64,000 bases of DNA from Octopus sinensis. Its lineage: Eukaryota. The DNA lies in assembly GCF_006345805.1 (NCBI RefSeq), contig NC_043016.1:28706001-28770000 (forward strand), given 5' to 3'. Position 1 is the first letter of the stretch. Each line of letters opens with the position of its first letter. This document shows, piece by piece, positions 13,967 to 27,900 of the stretch. The translations under genes and the position numbers were made by a program. The notes under the pieces were generated by a model, which was given only the letters and a program-made list of their open reading frames with translations, made no database searches and was not told where the DNA came from.

Positions 13967-16900
13967 GTATGTATCCATCTTATTAAACTTATTATTACAG
14001 ACATTTTGTCCTGGAGAAATATCATCTTTTCCAAGTATGCACAGTTTGGCTGCAAAAGTTTCCCCTGCAACTAGCATAATTGCTGAGACATTTACCTCAC
14101 CTGATCAAGTAACGAGTACTTTGGAAATCGTAAAGCCAGCTTATCCCGAAGGCCTCGATGAGTTCACCAGCAAACTGACTGCTGACGATGCAAGAGTTCT
14201 TGTTGATCTTCTTAAACTTGCTGTTGCAAATCGAGCCGGTGAGAAAGGGAAGGATACACTAGCTGGCATCTTGAAAGCCGTTGACAAGGCGTATCCTCAG
14301 GTAAGTTCTTTTGCTCTTGTCTGTTGAATCCAAGGTAAAATTGGTGAGTATTTTTGTATGTGTGTGTATTGTATTACTCTTTTACTCTTTTTTTACTCTT
14401 TTACTTGTTTCAGTCATTTGACTGCAGCCATGCTGGAGCACCGCCTTTTAATCGAGCAACTCGACCCCGGGACTTATTCTTTTGTAAGCCCAGTACTTAT
14501 TCTATCGGTCTCTTTTGCCGAACCGCTAAGTAACGGGGGACATAAACACACCAGCATCGGTTGTCAAGCAATGCTAGGGGACAAACACAGACACACAAAC
14601 ACACACACGCATATATATATATATATACATATATACGACGGGCTTCTTTCAGTTTCCGTCTACCAAATCCACTCACAAGGCTTTGGTCGGCCCGAGGCTA
14701 TAGTAGAAGACACTTGCCCAAGGTGCCACGCAGTGGGACTGAACCCGGAAGCATGTGGTTGGTAGACAAGCTACTTACCACACAGCCACTCCAGTATTAT
14801 GTATGTTATTGTCATGTGTGTGTATGTGTATTTTGTTGTTTGTGTGTGATATTGTTGTATGAGCGTGTTATGTATATCTTGTAAGTGTAGTGTACACTAA
14901 AACTGTCTGTGTATGTGACAGAGAGAGATTTTATATTTTCACACTATTGCTGATTTGCTCTTGACCGAAATATTCCAACTATTAGAAGTCCAGTCCACAT
15001 AACTGTTAACAGACAACCATTGTGTATAGTTTGTTGCCTCATGCAGAGTAACTTTGTTGAATTGGTCAATATATCTTAAGTTACAGTACATTGTTTAGCA
15101 CCTCAGTTAGGAAAAGCTCTCAGAATCTGTGGCTATAAGTTTCACAATTCCTTTGGAAATAGATTAAATTCAGTTTTCTCCTTTTTTTGTTTATGTGTGT
15201 GAAAAATTTATTTCTATTGTGCAGGTTGCAGAGATGTTGCTGGAACTGTGTGTCACAGAACTGGAAGATGTGGCTGCTGATACTGAATCTGGACGTACTT
15301 TACCACAACCTGTTGTACAAGAGAGTCCACATCATTATTCAGATGACCTATCACTATCAGGCCATGTGAAAATACCTGGTCAGTGATTTTCATTAACAAA
15401 ATACTTTTGTTTTTGTTCTTAATTAACTGAAATACTGTTGTTGCTCTTGTTGTTTACCTCCACGTCAACCCTGATCCCAGCAGACCTACAATCATATATT
15501 TTCCAATCATAACTATCAATCTTTTATATACACAATATACATCACCCAGTATCTTTTTTTTTCTTTTTCTTGAGATAGTACCGTGGAAGAGAGAGTGTGC
15601 ACCTTAACTAGGCCCTACTGAGGGACCAAGCCATTTAGGTTGATGCAGTATTGTTACACAAGTACAATTAAGGATATAAAAACTAAGAAGGCAACTTGCT
15701 CGTCAGGAGTAAGCAGATAGATGATTAACCCTTTAGCATTTAAATCGGCCATATCTGGCCAGAATATTCTACCTGTTTTATGTTCAAATCAGCCAGATCC
15801 TGTCTCTACACCTACCCTACAATGTCAAGTGAAATCTAGAAACTACAAGATAAGGTATGATTAATTTAAAACAAAGTGACTTAATAAGCATAACATTTGA
15901 CAGAGTAAAGTGAATGCTAAAGGGTTAAAATATTTGACACAGTAGAACATGTATTGGTCACTTACATAAATCATATAGTATAGGAAGGAATCACATATAC
16001 ACAATGACTGGCATAGCAGCAGTTTTGTCATCTGTTCAAGAACAAAGGAAATATACTCTAGAGAGGAAATATAGAGGCATCAAATTGTTGGGTCAAGTTA
16101 TGAAAATGATGGAAAAAGTTATAACACAATTGACTAGGAACCTAATTATTTTAGATGAAATACAGTTCAGTTTTGGTATCACATTCCTGAGATATATAGC
16201 TAAAAATAAGCTCCCTAAAACTAATAGCCATTCACGTGGACAGGGCCTCAAATAAGGTGCAATAATCTATAATCTTATGGTTATTAAGATAACTAAGAAA
16301 AGATGAATAGCTTGTGAGGCAGTCACATGCACAAAAATACAATCAGCAATGAGTTTAGCATACAGGCAGATATCCGTCAAGGATTACTCTTCTTTTCATT
16401 CATTAATATTTTAGTGTTCCAAGCAATAAAACGATTTCAATGTTATGGGAACTCTTGTATGTTGATGACTTAGTTCTTAAGGTCAAATCTATAGTAGATT
16501 TGGAGAAATTCCAGACAGGGAAGTGAAACCTGAAATCAAAGACTAAAATTTTAGTAAGTAGGACAGGACCCTGCTACTGTCAGGGAAAATGCTTTGATGA
16601 TATGTAGAAAAAGAATTGGAAGAAATTTCATACAATGTACTAATGTAAACTATGGATGTACAAGGCATGTAGTGGTATCACAGGCTGGCTGGCAGGGAAC
16701 ATACATTCCATATGTAGCAGAGACACAGAAGTAGTAAGAATCTCTTGCAGTATTTTCTTATCTACACAGACAAGCCTACATTGAAAATTTAGATTTCTCA
16801 TCAGAATCTAGAAATAGTTCACCTATGAACACTTAAGATTTTATAAACATAAATAGCCCCTAACTATGATCAACAACATTAGTCATATCTGGTTGGAAGG

Positions 16901-18925
16901 ACCACTAAAGTCAACTGATGCTGTTCCTTTTTCTCAGATTAAATCATTAAAGTGAAAGGTATACTTCCATGGTTAATTACAAAAACTAAATATAAATTGG
17001 TAAAGTGTTGAAATTAGCAATTAAATACTTCAGATTATCATATTTCTGGATTAATTATGTCTGTTTAAAACATTTGAATATAATTAATATTGTTTTAAAA
17101 TTCGAAATAATTGTTTGCTTTATTTTTTTTATTTTTTTTAAATTACCAAAAATACAGGCGCTGAATGTTTACGAGTTGAGTTTGACCGCTTGTGTTCAAC
17201 AGAACGACGACATGATCCATTGACCATTATGGATGGTTCTGGAAGAACTGTTTCTGTACGATCAGGTATAAAATATACAAATTTCTTTTCACTATGTACA
17301 AGACCAATTTTATAGGGACCTGATAAAATATAAAACTTTCTTTTTCAAAAATGTGTCATTCATACCTTTCCAAACCATATTAGCAATGATCACACACTAC
17401 CTATCCAACCAGGCTATCTGATGTTGTTACACATCACTGGTCACAATGCACTTTTTTCCATTGTTTAGCCTCCAAACGATGCTACCTAACTGGCTAGGCA
17501 AGCAGGCCAACATTCTCTGGAGCAACATGAAAAGAACACAATGCACCACCCAGCTGGGGAATTGAACCCACAATTTAGCACTAGGTCACCTACCATCACA
17601 TTAGCAATGTAAATGAAGTTCACTGAGTTGCTGTCTTAGTTCCCCCAAAGCTTACTTCTAGCAATCGTGAAAAACTGATAAAGAATCAGTCAAGTACTAA
17701 AGTCAATGTAACTGACTACTCCAACCCCCAAAATTTCAGGCCTTGTGCCTATGAAAAAAGCAATTTCAGGCGCTGTGCCCATGAGAAACAATTTTCAGCC
17801 TTTGTGCTTATGCGAAACAATTATTGTTGTTGTTATTGTTGTTGTTGTTATTATAAAAGAAATCATCATTATTGTTTTTGTTTTTTTTTAAATTTCAGGC
17901 AGGGAATGGTCTGATTGGTCAACAGAACTGAGAATTCCTGGAGACGAACTACGGTGGAAGTTTACTAGTGATGGTTCTGTTAACGGTTGGGGTTGGAGAT
18001 TTACTGTTTACCCAATCATGCCAACTGCAGCACCTATGGATATGTTAACTGACAGAACTGTTCTTTCCCGGCCTTCTATAGATTTGGTTATTTGTCTTCT
18101 TGATTTGGAACTGGATGCTAGTTCTGACTGCAGCATTGTACCTAGACTAGCTGCTGCTCTGGCAGCATGTGCTCAACTGAGCTCTTTAGGTTAGTACAGA
18201 CATTCAGCTTTCTCTTTAACTAATGCTATTCTGAAAAAACAAAAATTATTTTTTCTTTTATCGGGTTGTCCGGAAAGTTCTTGCCAATTTATAGTAACTT
18301 ACCTTTTGACTTACCGTCCCAGGCACCTCAATTCTGGGAAGAGGGTATTTTCAAGTTAAAGGAAAGATGGAGACACATTGTGCAACAAAATGGTTCATAT
18401 TTGGTTGATTAAAAAATAATGGCAAGTATTTATTGACCTTTTTCTTGCCTTTAAAAATCGGCACGAACTTTCCAGACAACCCAATATAAAGTGTATTCTT
18501 TGAATGAGAGTGTAAGAAAACCACAAAGCTTCATTTGCAGTCATTAGATAAGTAGCTTTAGATATTATTATTTATAAAATATTAAGTAAAAATTTTGAAT
18601 ATTTACAAATTTATTTTTATCAGAAATCTCAAGTTGTTATTTTATATAAAAATTGTTACAAGCAAATAAACTAATTACTAATTAGTTAGAATACTGATTG
18701 CCCTAAATTAATGGCATTTTCTTACTTGATATACTTTTTAAACTATTGACATTAAACTATTTTTAAACTATTGACAGTTTTCACCTGACGTAGTTTAGGA
18801 AACAGTTCAGTTTTATTATATTTGAAATTCCAATAATTCTTATAAAGTTAGTGTTATATAAGGTTACTGGATTACTGATTACATGGTCATGCATATTTGT
18901 GTGTGTGTATGTGTGTATATATATA

Positions 18926-18976
<51 letters not shown>

Positions 18977-21900
18977 GTACCACACACACATACATGTATG
19001 CACACACATACGATATTCTATTACTAATAGGTGTACTAGGTTATTGAAAGTTACATATCTCGGCCTCGTACACAGACATATTTGTATGTAAGGCCAAGAT
19101 ATGTAACTATTAACAGTCCAGTCCACCTGTCTATAATGTGGAACCACAGGGTGGTATAATTTGTTACTGTACACCACACTATAATATTGATGAGTGTTAT
19201 AATACAATGACGGGCATGGCTGTGTGGTTAGGGAGCTTGCTTCCTAGCTACATGGTTTCGGGTTCAGTCCCACTGCGTGACACTTTGGGTAGGTGTCTTC
19301 CACTATAGCCCCGAGCCGACCGGAGCTTTGTGATTGAATTTGGTTAGGTGGAAGTTACTGCCGTGTGTGTATGTGTGCGTATAGCTGCTCAGTGACTCTC
19401 CGAAAGAGAGAGAGGGGAGTAAAATCCAATAGTAGGGTACCTCTCTTGTTTGGGAGAAAGAGAGAGGGCAGTGAACATTGGGCTTGTCACCCATTCCCTC
19501 AAAATAACTAGAATTGTTACAGAAATCAATGGTTTAAGATGATGTGTTGGGTTTATGTATTCTTCAGCATTTTAGGAGTAGACTGAATGGCTACATTAAT
19601 AAAGCATAACTGTGTTTCTTTAGAATATTAATATTGAAAGGTTAGTGTAATAGTTTCTACTCAAATTTCTGCTTTATAGAGGCAATATTTCATATACACA
19701 TTTTATGCTGACAGGGTGATATTGTTTCATTGTAATTATTGTTTCTCCTTTGAATACAATTCCAGGTGCACAGCAGAGAATGTGGGCTCTGCAAAAGCTT
19801 CGAAAGATCATGGCAGTCAATTATGGGGTTAATTTGAATGTGAACACTCTAATTTCCAGTCCTACAACTGATTCACCTGATCAAGAAACCTCTAGAACCC
19901 CAACAATGGTAATTACTCTATGTGTATGTTTGTGTGTGTGTGTGTGTGTGTGCGTGCGTGTGTGTGTGCGTGCGTGCGCGTGTGTGTCTGTTTTAAATAT
20001 AGTTGTATCCCTATTGCTTAACCAATAGGGTTTTTTGTAGTTGTTGTTGTATTTGTATCACCACAAGGTTGGAACTAACACCTTGTGGATCAGTGAAGGT
20101 GTTGTTCTGAATAAGCAACCCTGTAATTAAAGGTGTTCCAAACTTATCCAACCTGTCATTTTTGTATATATATGTGACTATATTCTCCAATGTCTTTTCA
20201 TTCCTGTTTTTAAGAATTGGAGTATAAGATTCAGCTGTTATTTCTAGAAAAGCTGTATGACCACATAGAGGCTCCTTCATTGTTTCAAGTACCATTCTAC
20301 AATTGAGTCTTTGACATAACAATTCTCAATTCTCTAGTCCTTGGTTTCACAGACTTCTTGTTCTACTTAATTTGTACCACATTTACATGACCAAACAGTT
20401 GTATCCTTGTTGTTTTAATATCCATTTTTCCATAATTGTGTGGGTCAGACAGAAATTGTTGAGACTGACCTTCACTTGCTTCTAACTAAGGAAATTTTTT
20501 CCGATGACCAGATATGGTTTCACAGAAGACTGGAAGCAAAGGACAGCTCTTACATAACTGTGACATTTACAAATATTATATGAAGTCAAAGCAAAGAAAC
20601 AGTAATTCCTACACAAAGACGACAGGCTTCTATCAGTTTCCATCTGTCAAATCCACTCACAAGGCTTTGGTTGGCCTGAGACTATAGTAGAAAATACTTG
20701 TCCAAGGTGCCACATAGTGAGACTGAATCTGAAACCATATGGTTAGCTTAAAACTGCAATTCTGCACATGGAAGATGATTATTCTTTTACTAGATTCCAT
20801 CATTAACCCTTTAGCATTTTACCCAGCCATTCCAGCCAAACCATTCTATTTATTTCTTTATTGCCCACAAGGACAGACAAAGGGATTAAGTTGATTACAT
20901 CGACCCCAAAAGGAATTTGAACTCAGAATGTAACAACAGACAAAATACCGCTAAGCATTTCACTCGGCGTGCTAACACTTCTGCCAGCTCACCGCCTTCC
21001 AGCCAAAACATTCTATTTGTCATATGTTTAAACTGGTCAAATACAGTCTCTTACACCTACCCTACGATGTCTTACTAAAATTGAAATCTCAAAATAACAA
21101 GATAATGCATGATTAAATCAAAAGATCAGGAATAAATAAGCTTTATATTTGACAAACTGATCTGAATGCTAAAGGGTTAAACCCCATCATATAGTTGGGG
21201 GGAGAGTAGACTTGCAAATTTCTTTAATCACATTCCTCAATTTCCTGTGTGGTATTAAAACTTATTTATTGTTTCTCTTTTATTCTCTTGTAGTCCCTCA
21301 GTGGAACAGCTCTCGCTTCACTTGTAAAAGGGTTACCTGAAGCTTTACAACGGCAGTATGAATATGAAGATCCTATAGTACGCAGTGGTAAACATCTTAT
21401 GCATAGTCCATTCTTCAAGGTAAGCTTTTTTTACATACATTCATGTGTGTGTGTTTGTGTAATATACATACATACACACACACACACACACATATATATA
21501 TGTGCTGGAGTAAGAACAGCATGTTCTTTGTCTATCTCCTTAACATCTTGGAGATTTTAGGTATAATTATACTAATGTGTCCATCTGTTCTAATTTAATT
21601 AAATTCTATGTCTTTGTGCAATTGAAGATTGCTCTACATTTTAAATTAATGTAATGATTGCATTGTTCAATTAAATGGAGTTGCATGAAACAATCGTAAC
21701 TGCGTTACCCCTGGATATCCTACCCCCATGTGCTCCATATTCATCGAGCAGCGATGTCCGAAGCTAGATAAGCTAAGAATTCCTCATTTCACTTCTTGAC
21801 CACTCGTACTACATTCGCCACTAACACTAAAAAATGTATTATCTATTTACTAATCTGCTTGTTGTTTCTTTTCGTGAGCTAAGCTGTTGATATTGTCTCC

Positions 21901-24900
21901 CAAAATATAATCTTTTCATTTTCAGTCCTATCTCGTAATAATTCGTCCCTATGTGCTGATAATTTCTTCTTTCTTTCCTTCTTTCTTCCTTTCTTCATAT
22001 TACTTTGTCCTTTGCTCGCTCTCTACGATAATTTGTACATTGTCAAACCCCGTTTGCCTAATTCTTCTCTTTCCATATATCTGCCGCTCTCTCCTGAATC
22101 AAAACTTAGCCATTCGCGGTGCAACCGCCCTTTCCCACCCCAACCACCAATACCGGATATCTCTCTATATATTTACTCCATCTATACCGGATATCCCTTC
22201 TCCCACCACCATTATGTGTGTCTACTCCTTGAACCCCTCCTCCTCAATATGCTATTTCACTATGTATTACCCCTGCTTATCTTCCCCTCCTTCCAGTCCC
22301 TCCCTCTCTCGTGATATCCTATGTTTAATTTTGTCTAGAAACTGCCACCACCCCTACCTGTCATCGTTTCTCCTAACACCCCTCGCCACTGGTGCTCCCC
22401 TATATTGCCTGCACTCTCTTCCCCATTTCCTCCCCTCACTCTCTCTCTTCTCCCTGCTGGAACCCCCACCCCACCCCATCTCTAGAATATCCATGTTTCT
22501 GCTACACTGCTTAAACCACATTGCTCAATGACCATAATGCTTGCTTAGAATACTACTAACACCTAGAATTTCAGTATTTCTACCACAGAGCTTACATCTA
22601 CATCATCAATGACCTTAATGCTTATGCTTACAATGCTGCTAACACATGCTTAAATGCTTGAATGTTGTCAGGTCAGAAGAGAGATCAGTCGAAAAATGCC
22701 TAAAAAACGATCACCACCACAACAACCCTCTTCTTTTCAGGCGCTGAATTGCACCCCTCCTCCCCACGTCTCCTTCCCAGTTTTCAGAGTTGGCACTGTC
22801 AATGTTGGTACACTGAAAAGTAGGTCTAGTGAGATTGTAGAGATGCTTGAGAGAAGATGGGTTGGTGTATGCTGCATACAAGAGGTAAGAAGTGCTTCAG
22901 CTAGAGTCCTCACAGGCAAGGCACATAGGTATAAAGTCTTCTGGCAAGGTAACATGGATGTTGTAGGGAGTGTAGGCATTCTCCTTGCGGAGAAATGGAT
23001 GGATAAGGTCATAGAGGTTGTCAGGGTTTGCGATAGAGTGCTTAAGCTCAGGTTAGTCCTACAGAGTGGCACAGCTACGATTATCTCCGCCTATGCCCCA
23101 CATGCGGGGCTACCAAATGATCAGAAGGACCACTTTTATGATACCCTTCTACAGGCTACCTCAAAGACTAGTGGCAAGGACCTCATCTTTGTGGGTGGAG
23201 ACTTTAATGGGCATGTTGGGCGGGAATCGGGTATCTTCACTGGGGTACACGATGGCCATGGTATTGGCATCAGAAATGATGAGGGAACTAGACTACTGGA
23301 ATTCTGTGATGCATGTAACCTTTTAATCTGCAACACTAACTTCAGGAAGCCTGACTGCCACCTAATAACTTATCAGTCAGGAGACTCCGCTAGCCAAATA
23401 GACTTCATCCTCACCAGACAGCGGGATGCAGGGTTGCTCTTAAATACAAAGATCCTCCCGGGTAAAGAATGTATCCCTCAGCATAGGCTAATCATTAGTG
23501 ACTTTAGGCTTGAGGCCAGGACTCCAAGAAACAGACCAATCCAGAAAAGAAGGATTTGGAAGCTAAAGAACCCTTCACATGGTCAGAGATTTAGGGACAT
23601 CCTCATCAAGAAATTTGATGAGAGAGAGGAGCTACAGACGTCGGACATAGAAGGTAGCTGGAAATTCCTACGGGACAGCTTGCTGAGTGCCACAGACCTA
23701 GTCTGTGGATGGTGCAAAGTCCCTTCCAGACCTAGAGTTACGTGGTGGTGGAATAGTGCAGTAGACGAAGCCATTAGTGCAAACAAACAGGCCTAGAAGG
23801 GTGGGGGTAGCAGGGAACTGTACCAAATAGCCAAAAGGGAGGCCGGGCGGCAGGTATACATAGCCAAAGATATAGCAGAAAAGAAGAAGTTTGCCAATGT
23901 CCAGCGATGTGAGGACCAAAGAACTGAGGTATTTCGGATTGCTAGACAGTGTGTGAGAGAAAATAGTGATGTTACAGGAGAGAAATGTGTCCGCATGGAT
24001 GATGGGGCACTTGCTTTTAATGTTGGTGAAAAGAAAGAGGTTTGGAGAAGCCATTATGAAAGACTGCTGAATGTGGAGAATGAATGGGAGGAGGAGAGCC
24101 TGCCAAATGTTGAGCCAGTAGAGGGACCAGCTATCCGAATAGACAGCTCCCTTGTAGTTAAGGCAATTAAGGGTATGAAACCAGGTAAAGCCCACGGCCC
24201 ATCAGGAATCACTGCTGAGATGCTTAAAACAATTGGTTATGTGGGCTATGGCCTAGTCACCCGTATTGTAAACCAGGTAGTTCATAATGGAGTCATACCC
24301 AATGACTGGCGTAGCAGCACCATAGTCAACTGCTACAAGGGTAAGGGTGATGCTCTAGATATAAATAACTACAGGGGTATTAAACTGTTGGATCAGGTAA
24401 TGAAGATCACAGAGAGGGTCATAACCCATCTCATTAGGGAGAGAATTTGCTTAGATGAGATGCAGGCCCTATACAGAGAGGCTGTCAGCAAGGTTAGGAT
24501 TGGCAACAAATATAGTGAAGAATTCCGGGTAGAAGTAGATGTACACCAAGGCTCAGCCCTCAGTCCCCTTTTATTCATCATAGTCCTCCAAATAATAAAT
24601 GAGGAATTCAAAACAGGTTGCCCCTGGGAGCTCCTCTATGCTGATGAACTGGCTCTCATAGCAGAATCACTACCGAAACTAGAAAAGAAATTTCGGGTGT
24701 GGAGACAAGGGTTAGAATCAAAGGGCCTTAGAGTAAATGTAGCGAAGACCAAAGTTATAGTAAGCAGAAAGGCGAACTCAGCACACACCCCATCAGGCAG
24801 GTGGCCCTGCTCGATCTGTAGGAAAGGTGTAGGTAGAAACTCCATAAGATGCACCCAGTGTAAGCTATGGACACATAAGAGGTGCAGCAACATCAAAGGG

Positions 24901-27900
24901 AAATTAACTGATAAGATAGCTTTCATGTGCGGCAGATGCACAGGGACAATAGACACCACAAATACTCAGAAAACAGATTCCATCACACTCCAGGGGGAGA
25001 AACTAGAAGTAGTCGATAGTTTCCGCTACCTGGGTGACCAAGTTAGTAGTGGAGGTGGATGCTCAGAGAGTGTCACCACTAGAATACGAATAGCCTGGGC
25101 AAAGTTCAGAAAGCTCCTACACCTACTGGCGACAAAGGATCTCTAACTCAGAGTGAAAGGTAGATTGTATGATGCATGTGTGCAAACTGCCATGCTTCAC
25201 GGTAGTGAAGCATGGGCCGTGACTGCAGAGGACATGCGTATACTTGAAAGAAATGAAGCTAGCATGATCCGCTGGATATGTAATGTCAGTGTGAATGCAC
25301 GACAGAGTGTAAGCACCCTGAGAGAAATGCTAGACATAAGTAGCATGAGATGTGGTGTGTAAGAGCGATGGTATGGTCATGTACTGCGGATGGATGAGAA
25401 GAGATGTGTGAAGAAGTGCCGCTCCCAAACAGTTGAAGGAATCAGGGGGAGAGGTAGACCCAGGAAGACATGGGATGAGGTAGTCAAGCATGACCTCAGA
25501 GCGTTGGGCCTCACTGAGGCAATGGTGAAGGACCGAGATCTCTGGAGATATGCTGTGACTGCAAAGACCCAGGCTGCTTCCTGCACCAGTTCCGCATAGC
25601 CCCTGCTCATTCAAAGTACTTTGGATCCCAGAACATCTCGCTGTGCTTGAGGAGACCTGTTGAGTCAAGTGCATGTACATGAACATCGAAACAAATATCA
25701 ATGGAAATAGTAGTCGTGATACCTGTGCCGGTGGCACATAAAAAGCACCATCCGAATGTGGCCGTTGCCAGCGCCGCCTCGACTTGCTTCTGTGTCGGTG
25801 GCACATAAAAAGCACCATCCGAACGTGGCCGATGCCAGCGCCGCCTTGGCTGGCTTCCGTGCCAGTGGCACATTAAAAGCACCAACCGATCGTGGCCGAT
25901 GCCAGACCCCCCCGGCACCTGTGCAGGTGGCACGTAAAAAGCACCCACTACACTCGCGGAGTGGTTGGCGTTAGGAAGGGCATCCAGCTGTAGAAACACT
26001 GCCAGATCAGACTGGAGCCTGGTGCAGCCCCTGGCTTTCCAGACCCTGGTCGAACCGTCCAACCCGTGCTAGCGCGGAAAACGGACGTTAAACGATGATG
26101 ATGATATATATTACTACCAAAAATTACAAAGTTTATTAGCGTCTCCTTTTAGTATTTCTTAATCTTTTTGTTTCTAGTTTCTCTCCATTTTCTTCTGTGC
26201 TTCATTTTGTTGTCATCATCATCATTTTAATACCCATGTTCCATGTTAGCATGGGTTGGATGGGGTTCAATAGGTTACAACCTTGAGCAATATAACAGTA
26301 GGGTGTACATTGGTGCGACTAAAGATAGTATGAAACAACGGCTAAACTATCATAGATATACTTTTAAAAGTAAAAATAGGATGAATTCTACGGGGTTAAG
26401 TACGTATATTTGGGAACTCAAGAGTAAGAACATAGATTTTAAATTAGATTGGAAAATACTAACTTCTGCACCTGTATACAATAGTAGAAATAAAAAATGC
26501 TCTTTATGTATCAATGAAATTTTCTTCATCATCAAAGCTGGCCTACCCATTGTTAATAACATTAACGAGCGAAATTCTTTTGCCTTCACAAATTAGCGTA
26601 TACTTTCTCTAGATTTAAATAGCACCTATTTTTTCTACCAGTAATCTTTTAACATTCCTCTATATAGGATTGTACTATTGGTCTTTATAATTTATAATTT
26701 TGTATCTCCATATATATGTTCTATATTGATTGTTTTTGTCCCGGCTTGAAAAATATACTGAAATATATATGTATTTTGATATATACATGATATTCTGATA
26801 TTCACGGAGTTTTCCACGGGTGTAGGGTGTATATGCGCATCATATCTTAGGGTGCTGGTTTGGGTTTTTGTTATACCAATATGTAACAAATGTGGGTCTA
26901 TAACTAGTATATGTTGTTTATTTTGGATGAGCATATAAGTTTTTGCATGTATTTGTTTGGCAGCCTTATATATTAAGTTTATTTTTGTACTCATCTCAAT
27001 TTGTATTTTATTTTATTTATCTATTTATCTATACATAGATATATATATATATATATTTCTATTTATTTATTTTTATTTATATTTTTTTATTTATTTATTT
27101 ATTCATTCTTATTTATTTATTCATTCTTATTTATTTATTCATTCTTATTATGTATTTATTTATTATTTTTGTTTTGCACTTATTAATTTATAATTAATTT
27201 AATTTATAATTAATTTACTTATATCTTAACCCTTTTGTTACCAAACCGCCCAAAGCCACCCAAAAAAATTTTGGCTAATGTGACCAAACCGCCCAAACCC
27301 GCCTGTATTTACCTATTCATATTTAAGTGAGAATATCAGAGCAAATCTCTTTAGTACATTCGTGAAAACACGTATTATACTTCATAAACAGTTCAACTAA
27401 AGTTTTGTACAACAATCGAAGTGTAATTTTAATTCCGTGAATTTTGGGAGATTTTTTTCCGAAATTTGTTCCTATTGTGTTTTCAAAATTTGTAATTCTG
27501 ACAAAAAATGGATACGAATTTCATTATATCAAGCAGCGAGTCAGAATTCAAGGATTTTCTACTGAAGACCTTCATAAATCTAACTCTATGACTGAAATAA
27601 AAAAAAGCATGTGGTGTTTGATAATGAATCTGATCTTTCATTTTCCGAAAGTGAAAACAGTGAATCCGAGAGCTCCGACAGCAATAAAGAAAATGAATTG
27701 GCACCTGAATGGAGTGAAAATTTAAAAACTGTTTCTTTCGATGATTTTTCTGAAGAAACTAGACCAAGCCACAGACTTTCCCAGGAGAGTAAAGCCTTAG
27801 ACTATTTCTTTTTACTTTTTTGAATGAGCCTATTTGAAATCATTATGGCGGAAACGAACCGTTACGCTAAATGTAAACAAAGCAAAAGAAAGGATAGTTA

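Noticed and set aside
13666-14077. ORF-track entries rich in YI, HT, CV or SL repeats (here and at 18781-19207, 26957-27193, 28344-29103, 29916-30587, 59110-59538)
   Set aside because: These are translations of microsatellites, SINEs or exon antisense strands, not genes.
21953-22531. 192-aa ORF as an RTE ORF1 or a novel gene
   Set aside because: Pyrimidine-rich low-complexity sequence giving an S/L/P-rich peptide with no motif; more likely 5' UTR or flank.
21660-22650. HDV-like ribozyme in the RTE 5' UTR (known in some RTEs)
   Set aside because: I could not build the nested double pseudoknot by eye; an RNAbob or Infernal HDV search would be needed.
25725-25945. CRISPR-like array of palindromic repeats with spacers
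   Set aside because: The linkers are homologous to each other, the array lies in a eukaryotic LINE 3' UTR, and no cas genes are present.
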